Assembly: GCA_000165425.1 (NCBI GenBank)
Contig: CT868507.1
Coordinates: 124,001 to 188,000, forward strand
DNA length: 64,000 nt
Reading direction: 5' to 3'
DNA from: Paramecium tetraurelia
Taxonomy: Eukaryota
The notes under the pieces are model-generated. The model was given only the letters and a program-made list of their open reading frames with translations, was not told the DNA's origin and ran no database searches. The position numbers and the translations under genes are program-made. Numbering within the stretch: the first letter of the stretch is position 1; each line of letters begins with the position of its first letter. This document shows positions 56,300-64,000 of this stretch, one piece after another.

Positions 56300-57350
56300 A
56301 GACTATTAATTTTGGTAAAATATTGATCTTGTCTAATAACACACAAAGTATAAATATAATTTAAAAAACATCTTTTAATACCTTTCAGGTCAAGTTTTTA
56401 AGTAGGAGATGAAGGTCATTTAGATATTTAGTTTGACTAGTTTGACTCAATATTCAAAAGGATGACTAATGTCACCATTGATACAATAAATCAATCTCAT
56501 ATAATTTCATCCACCTTACAAAAATAAGATGAATAATTTGGAGACAATTGATAAAAAGCATGCATCTGTGAAACATTGATTAATGGAGACAGTTGAACCA
56601 ATGCTCCTTAGCATTTTGAATGATCATATTAATTAAGAATGCATCTAATATAATTTGCTAAGTTGAAAATCTCATGGTTAATGTTAATAAAATTAAATAC
56701 ATAGCCAAATGGGGCAAAATAAAAGTTTGTTGACTTTGGGATTTGAAAAGCGAATAACTTAGATACTTAGGAGTTTAGGTTAATATAAGAGGATATATAA
56801 CTGAACAATTTAGATGCTTTAGGAAAGCAGCCATATCTAGAGCAAAACAACTCTCAATGATAAAAAAGGCATTTCTTTTAAAATGTATGGTTCTCGAAGA
56901 ATAGCAAGGTAGCGCAATCGCAAACACTCTAAAGGGATTCATTCAAGAGAATGTTGGGACACACACACATATGATATTTTCCATATGAATTAATACATAA
57001 ACTATTGGACTTATGTGGACATATTAATTTAATTGGTTATTTTAAGAGAATTTATCGACAAGGAAAACATTCAGAAGGAGAACCTAACTAACAACGACTA
57101 ACAAAGGATGTTCAAGGTAAGTAGCAGTTTCTATGGCAATTGCTTTGAAATTTAATAGAGAGGTTAATTTTTATTCAGAAAAATAAGGAATGTTGAGTAT
57201 CTTAGATTGAAAATTTATGAGTAGATATCAGTAAGGGAATTTCCTAATCTGGAAATTCACTAATATATATAGATTTAACAATGTTTGGAGATAAAAAGCT
57301 CCAAAACTGATAAATTATATTTCTATCTATGGTATTTCGAAAATATTTTC
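56300..57350 (+). pseudogene. Possible protein kinase pseudogene
   Basis: Remnants KVENLM [tiny intron] ..KFVDFGI*K..RGY around 56660-56800 resemble kinase subdomains VIb-VIII, with stops. Confidence 0.4.
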
Positions 57351-57778
57351 TGATAAAAACTGTAATCTGAAGATGGAATTAATTTCACAATTTATAAATT
57401 AAGAATAAAAATTCAGCCATTATAAAATACTTTGATCCCTTTATAATTAATGATTTCATTGACTGTGTGAGGTAAGATTGAAAGAATCTTCATATTTTTT
57501 ATATAATTGATCAAATTGATTTTTAAAATACTTGTTTAGAATTGTGTGCTTATCAATTTTTAACATACAATTTTTTTTATATAGATCAATACATAATTTT
57601 TGAGATTCAAAAAACGATTAGAAATTTACAATTAAATGATAATATGAATTGTTTAATTTTCCAAAAAAAGGAAAGTAAAGCCTTCTTTTAAAATAATAAT
57701 TTTATTACTAAAAATTTTTGGAGGAATGCATAAATATAAAGGAACATTTATACGATTTATTATGTTTAATATATAAAT

Positions 57779-58312
57779 TCACCAAAATATTTTCTTAATA
57801 AGGGTTAATCCACCTCCTATTATTGCACCCATTCCAATAGCCGGTATTGCAATTGCTGCTACTCCTGACATTGCTACTCCTTAAGCTAAAGCAAATGCAC
57901 TTCCAGCTGCCACACTTCCGATACTGGCTTATGTAGCTGCAGCAAGGCTTCCTGCAACTGGTCCAATGGAAGAAAAACCATAAAGTGCCAACCCTCCCTG
58001 AGCTATAGCAGCACCAGCTCCACCTACAATTCCCCCTACGCCGATTCCATCCTTAATATCTTACAACAAATCAGATTATTATTCTTGCTTTTTCTAATCT
58101 TATTATTACTCATATTGTTTTTATTAATCTTTTTATTCTTCTACTTCTTATACTTCTTATACCTCTTCTACCTCTTATTGCGCTTATTATTATTATCCTC
58201 TTTAATCTTATTCTTATTATTCCTCTGAGTGCTATTAATCTATTTATTAGTATAACTCGCATTGATCTTATTGTTATTTTTCTTATTTCCCTTATTTTTC
58301 AAAATATTCCAT
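57779..58312 (-). CDS. IFI6/IFI27 (ISG12)-family protein with Gln/Glu-rich N-terminus (177 aa)
   Basis: Intact intronless 534-nt code-6 ORF: ..LALYGFSSIGPVAGSLAAATQASIGSVAAGSAFALAQGVAMSG.., matching the ISG12 pattern GFxxxGxxAGSxAAxxxS..VAAGSxxAxxQ. Absent from the standard-code track. Confidence 0.85.
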
Positions 58313-59805
58313 GTATTATTATTATTAATATCCTACATTTATATAGACATAGAATTATAAATGTCATAGGTGTACAAAATTTCATACAATAAAATTTAAG
58401 AAAATTTTTAATTTTAGTGATTTAATCAAGACCTAAAATTGGTTGTTTCTTTTCTAATGAGTCAAAAACTATTTTTACTCATAAAAAATGATGGTTTATT
58501 TATATATAAAAGGTTTTAGAATTTATTTTAACTTTTATGAAAATTAACTTAAAGAGATTCTTTTTTAGTGGAATATCTAATTTTGATGAATAATTTCTAC
58601 GAATAAGTAGAAATTAGAAATTAGTGAAGGGATTGAAAGATTCCATTATGTTTAATGAAAATCGATAGTTTTATTTATTATTGAAAGTTCATAGCAATTT
58701 AATAAATGTAATATATTGTGTTTTTATTTCCTCCTTATTGGACCCTGTTAAAGATTCTAAACTGATATCCATTTAAAGAAGGATTAATAAATTTCAAATT
58801 TGGTTTTTATTATAAACGCAAAATTATCTGCATGTTGATAGTAGGTAGAGCGGATTTAGATGTGTTAAGTATAATAACTAAAATATTAATTTAAGTAGAA
58901 ATGATATTGTATTTTTGAAGAAATATAAATATTTACTGAAAAAAATATAAATTTTAATCACGATCACTATCACTATCAGTCATTATTTATGCATGATTTC
59001 TAATATCTTTTTATTAAAAATCAAATTGTACTTTAAAATATATATGTAGAAAATAACCAGAATTTATTGAAGCTTATTCGTAAAATCTGTTCTCATAAAC
59101 AACTCTGTAAAATCAATTCATTACCACTTTCTGTCGAAAACTTAAAATTCATTTATAAAGCTGTATAAGTCAAAATTGGTGCTAAAAAGTATTGTTCAAC
59201 TCCTACTATTATGTTCAGATAGAAAAACAAGTGAACTGTCTATAGAATGGTATAACATAATATTTATGGTAATTAAAAACAAAGGTTTACTTATTATTAT
59301 TCCTTAATATTAAATATTAAACTTTGTATTGTATGGCTTCCCTTTTGATAAGTTAAAATATTCTATAATACAGAATTTATCCTTTGAAAACAACAACAAT
59401 ACATTTACTTGGCCTCATCATTTAGGAATTTGATAAATGTTTTATAAAATGAATAATTATACTACTTTAGTGATTCAGTCGTAATTCAAATATTATCACT
59501 AAAATGTTACACATATCTTCATTTAACCTTAATCTTAAAATAAGTAATATTTTCTTCACATCAGCTCCAACTTTCACTCCTCACTTTTAAAAACATTCAA
59601 TTTCCCATTTAAGAGAGAATATAAGCTAGCTTTAGAGGACTACAAAAAAAGACCAAATTACATCTTACATCTTAGGTAGAAATTGATAACTATTTTGATT
59701 TCTTTAATTTTAAGTTTAACTCTACATATCAATTATAACACACTTCATATTATACGGATGACTTTAGGGAATAACATACAAGGATGTTGTTGTTTGATAA
59801 TATTA

Positions 59806-62800
59806 TTTCTATTCTTAAAATAGAAATTTGAATTTGTTTTTACAGAGATATCAACTTCCACCCCAGTATCTCATCACTACTAGAAGTTTCTAAGAAGAAA
59901 AAGTAAGAAGAAACGATATAAAATATTTATTAAGTTGGTAGTATTTCTAAATTTTCAGACAAAACTTCCCTAAATATTTAAATAATTGATCATTTTGAAG
60001 TATGATAAATAAATAAACATGATTATGTGGTTAATTGGATTTCGACTCATCATACAAATAGTTGGGTGGAGAGATTAAAATGCATGGAACTAAATTTTTG
60101 GATCATTTTCTCGTAAATGTCCTGAATTACACACATATTTGCCAGACATGCATCCACATGAATGTGTTTGTAAATATTGTCACTATTTAAGCTTATGCCT
60201 GGATTTGCAGGGGTATAACGGAAATAGAAGTAAAAATAGAGGTAAATGGTACATAACATTTATGCCATCCAAGATTCCAACCCTACCAAAAAGCAACTGG
60301 GTGGTCTCTAAGTATCGAAGGAAAGATTTTTTCCTGTGGTAAGGATATTAGCTATGCTACATTGGTGATGGAGTTGCTTTCTGATGGACACTATAAATAT
60401 TATTGCTAAAGTAAGTAAATCTATCAATTAGGTTTCGATTATGAAGATAGATTCTGCTGGGTAACATACTTGTTGAAAGGATCTTTTAAATGTTAATTGT
60501 GCAAATTTCCATTCTATGGAAACGGAATTGGTTGCAGAAATGTAATAACTTAATACGATTATAGTGTATTACCCCCAAGATGTAATTTATAATATCTATT
60601 AAAGGGTGCCCATATAATTGTATAAGTTGTTATTCAAGTTCTGAATGCGCTAGTTGTAAATAAGGGATGTATACTGTTAAATCTAATGCATGTTCAGTTG
60701 GTAAATTATCATTCAAATAAAGATTGCAGACCTTATAGATATTGTGAGTTAGATGAATATGGCAATATTAAATATTATTCCTCCAATTGTATCGATGGAT
60801 ATTATTATTATGATGGATACTGCTATTGTAATTTAGATCATTATAATTATTTAAGATATTCATCCTTGTAGTGACGCTTATCATGATTCTATTTCTAGCT
60901 ACACTTGCAGATCTTGCTCATAAGGCTATATTCTAAAAAAAGTGTATACATAGTACAATGTATATCGTTGTTTTTAATTGGATTGGAATTGCGGCTTCTC
61001 AAGTTAATCAATGTTAATTAATTATCAAAGTGGTGGATAAATATATTATTATACAACATGTACTTTATGCGATCCAGGATTTTTGTATAACAAGCAATCG
61101 AAAAAATGTGAAAGTAATAAATACCTAAAATATCATTTAGCCATAATATCGAAATATTAAATAAAATATTGTATTTTATTGGATTCTTAAGGAATTAATT
61201 GTATAGCTTGTTAGGCATAGTATGCTTTACAATCAGATGGCACATGTAAATAAATAATAGGATACTGTAATTCAAGTTGTTCTACCTGCTTGGAAACTAA
61301 TCTAAATTATTGTACCTCTTGCATTGGTTGGGAGAATAGAATTGCAATAGATGGTATCTGTGTGTGTAAACCATACCATGGTTTGATATAAGAAATGTGC
61401 ACACCTTGCTCAGATGGCTATTGTTTTGATTGCGAAGATAATGATTTTTATTCCTGTATTTCATGTAAACCAGGATCAAATAGGATTTTAGTGAATACAG
61501 AATGTATTTGTTAACCTCGATCATATGATCCTGGGAACCTTGATCAAAAATGCATCGGTATAGCTGCTAAATCATTCTAGTTTGTGATATATCTTGTCAA
61601 AAATGTAATGGTCCATCATATGCAGACTGTACTGAATGTATAGAGGAAAGCTATTCAAACAGAGTTCAAAATGCGAATTTATGTCCTTGCAAAACTGGAT
61701 ATGGCGAGTTTGCAATTAGAGAAGCATAATGTGGAAGTATTAAATAAAATTGATTCTAGAATGCCATCCAAAATGTGAAACATGTTTTCAAGCTGCTGAT
61801 GATACTGATAATCAATATTGTCTCACATGTATACCTGGATAAAATCGTGAGGTTTCTGAAAATTTTTATTGTGATTGCAAAGAAAATTATGGGGATTTTG
61901 GAATTTTGGTAGTTTGTGCACGTATTTTCATAAATTAGACTTAGTTTGTCATTATACATGTGGAACTTGTAATGGGGTTGAATCTACAAATTGTACACAA
62001 TGCTTAATTAGGTCGAATAGAGAATTAACAACTTTAGGAGAATGCTTGTGTAAATAATCATATTATGATGATAATACAGATAATATAGAATGTTAAAGTA
62101 ATAAATTAACGTATTTAATAGGGTGTCATAATTCATGTCTTTCATGTGCAAACAGTACTGAAAAGGATGCATGTTTAGAATGTCCATCGAGTAGGACATC
62201 TATTTAATCAGGTAGTTTCTTTGGAATGCATCTGTACTGCACCTAATGCTTTTGATGACGGATTTTCATTAGAATGCCAATAATGTGATGAAACTTGTAA
62301 ACCTTGTGAAAGCCCTATTTCTTCCAAACTGTCTGAACATGCGACACACAATATAGGTAGTATGATTTATCATCATGTGTTTGTCCTCCTGGATATTACG
62401 ATATTGGATAATTAGAATGTGCAAGTAAGAAAAATTAAATAAAAAGAATGCCACTTTTCTTGTTACAACTGTTTCGATGAGAAGGTAGATAGTTGCATTT
62501 TTTGTTCATTGGAGTTTAGCTTTAGAATAATAAAAGGCAATATTTGTAAATGTATTGATGGATATTATGAAGAACCAGGAATTTCTTAGTGTTAAAGTAA
62601 ATATCTTAAATATTACTTACTAAGAATGCTCATATAAATGTGAAAAATGCGAAATATTACCAGAGTAATGTTTGAGTTGTCCAATAAATTCAAGACGTGC
62701 ATTTGATCTTATTAAAGGATGCCCTTGCCCATCAGAGTACTTTGATTAAGAAAATGAAATAATTTGTTAAAGTAGAAATTAATATAAAATAGATTGCCAT

Positions 62801-63098
62801 TTCAAATGTAAATCCTGTTATGGTAAGGATTAAAATGAATGTCTCTCCTGCGATTCTTCTGCCCATAGAGAACTTAAAATTAGTTCCTGTTTATGCTAAC
62901 CACATTATTATGAAATAGAGTTTCCATAATGTGGAAGTACTCTTTTCTATCTAAAAATTAGTTTGTAGAGCATTCTGTTATGAATGTGTTTAGGATTCCT
63001 CAAATTGTACATCATGTTATAGCGATAGATATTTAGTTGGAAATACTTGCAAATGTATTACTAAGTAATAAGGAGCTATGATAAGTACATTTGAATAT
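59806..63098 (+). repeat. Right arm of long inverted duplication (ends at assembly gap)
   Basis: Matches the reverse complement of 47586-50880 from TTTCTATTCTTAAAATAG (59806) up to the N run. Confidence 0.97.
60019..63098 (+). CDS. Copy 2 of the furin-repeat/REJ receptor, 5' portion only; variant N-terminal cassette; three 1-nt insertions at ~62223-62335
   Basis: Same ATG context and intron positions as copy 1. Open through the variable cassette. As assembled it frameshifts into TGA near 62253 and is cut by the gap. Confidence 0.75.
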
Positions 63099-63248
63099 NN
63101 NNNNNNNNNNNNNNNNNNNNNNNNNNNNNNNNNNNNNNNNNNNNNNNNNNNNNNNNNNNNNNNNNNNNNNNNNNNNNNNNNNNNNNNNNNNNNNNNNNNN
63201 NNNNNNNNNNNNNNNNNNNNNNNNNNNNNNNNNNNNNNNNNNNNNNNN
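63099..63248. other. Assembly gap (N run)
   Basis: 150 Ns; true length unknown. Confidence 0.99.
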
Positions 63249-64000
63249 ATATCAATATGGTTAATTTCATCTTGCAGTTAATGATTCATAAATGCATACA
63301 TTTCTCTTACCTCACTTACTTATTTTGTCTCGTTCGGCAACATGTATTTAAAGGCTTCTCCTTTATTAAATTACAATTCTTTGGTTGTCTTTGGAATATC
63401 AGGAGGTAATTCCCACTTTGTAGGATCTCCTTTATTATAAAGTTATTCTTTTTTTTCATTTAATTTATTCTTCAAATTCTGATATTTCTGTTGCAACTAA
63501 TTTTTGGTTTATAAATATTCATATGCAGATGATTACTTCTTTTTATGATATCTAAAGAATTCATAAAAATTTTCCTATTCATAAGACTATTAATCACTTT
63601 CACATTCTTCATCTAAAAATTAACTCCACACTACCACCCGGTAACAAACTTTGATAGTTCTTAATAAACTAATTAGATTTGCTCAATAGCTCCTTTAGAT
63701 TTGGTTTATTTAATAAAACTATCAGTTAGTTTATCCAAAGTATTAAAGTTTTCGGTAATTGCACGTTAATGTATTACTTAGATTTTCCAAATCTGTACAT
63801 AATTTATTAAAATTATTGCCAGTCTTTTTATAAATATCTTAAGAATTTTTTAAGTAATCTGACAAAGAATTCGAGTAATTCGATAATTCATTGGAAATTT
63901 CTAAAACACACGAACCATTAATCATTGTATATTCCTATGGTTTGGATGGTCCTTTCTATTTTTCAAATTGGTTAAATTTCTCTTTTAATTTAGCATCATC
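63249..64000 (-). CDS. Partial gene; C-terminal coiled-coil region resembling ciliate PX-domain/sorting-nexin-like proteins
   Basis: FYEFFRYHKKK..KKEQLYNKGDPTKWELPPDIP..EAFKYMLPNETKQV. Unrelated to the receptor before the gap. Confidence 0.5.

Noticed and set aside
49760..60921. Diversity-generating retroelement (template/variable repeat pair)
   Set aside because: Differences are not restricted to adenines, include many synonymous changes and codon indels, introns are retained in both copies, and I found no reverse transcriptase in the window.
47586..63098. Terminal inverted repeats of a transposon or Polinton-like element
   Set aside because: The arms are the 5' part of an intron-containing host gene. 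No transposase, integrase or polymerase is recognisable in the spacer, and the outer ends cannot be examined because of the gap.
1..64000. Most short ORFs in the provided track (e.g. 2031-2216, 10554-10856, 36372-36656, 45819-46157, 50427-50636)
   Set aside because: They are antisense or off-frame artefacts of the standard code. The real genes read through TAA/TAG and contain tiny introns.
1..64000. Telomeric repeats, rRNA/tRNA genes or retained IESs
   Set aside because: No C4A2/C3A3 arrays or RNA-gene signatures were seen. TA-bounded IESs cannot be called without a comparison sequence.

Overview
AT-rich ciliate macronuclear DNA, very likely Paramecium. It uses genetic code 6 (TAA/TAG = Gln, TGA the only stop), has 20-31 nt GT..AG introns, and intergenic gaps are often under 60 nt. 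The supplied standard-code ORF track therefore fragments or misses nearly every gene, and I re-read the genes by hand. The first 33 kb is gene-dense: an unknown protein, a two-TM channel-like protein, coatomer gamma, LUC7, a propeller-like protein, an intronless 3870-aa Cys-periodic surface-antigen-like gene, a trichocyst matrix protein, a stand-alone RPA1-C-like OB/Zn-ribbon protein, mitochondrial HSP90 (TRAP1), an MSH6-like protein lacking the Phe-X-Glu mismatch motif, and CFAP69. After 33.3 kb the region is gene-poor and full of decayed genes. It holds a secreted four-repeat protein, a ~9.8 kb furin-repeat/REJ/GPS/multi-TM receptor gene and an isolated IFI6/IFI27 (ISG12)-family gene. The most striking feature is a >=3.3 kb inverted duplication of the promoter and 5' part of the receptor gene (47586-50880 vs 59806-63098). 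The copies look identical by eye except for a ~650 bp frame-preserving, cysteine-preserving, heavily substituted cassette near the extracellular N-terminus and one small later patch. This suggests cassette-type diversification of a surface receptor, but a collapsed assembly of paralogs cannot be excluded because copy 2 ends at an N gap.
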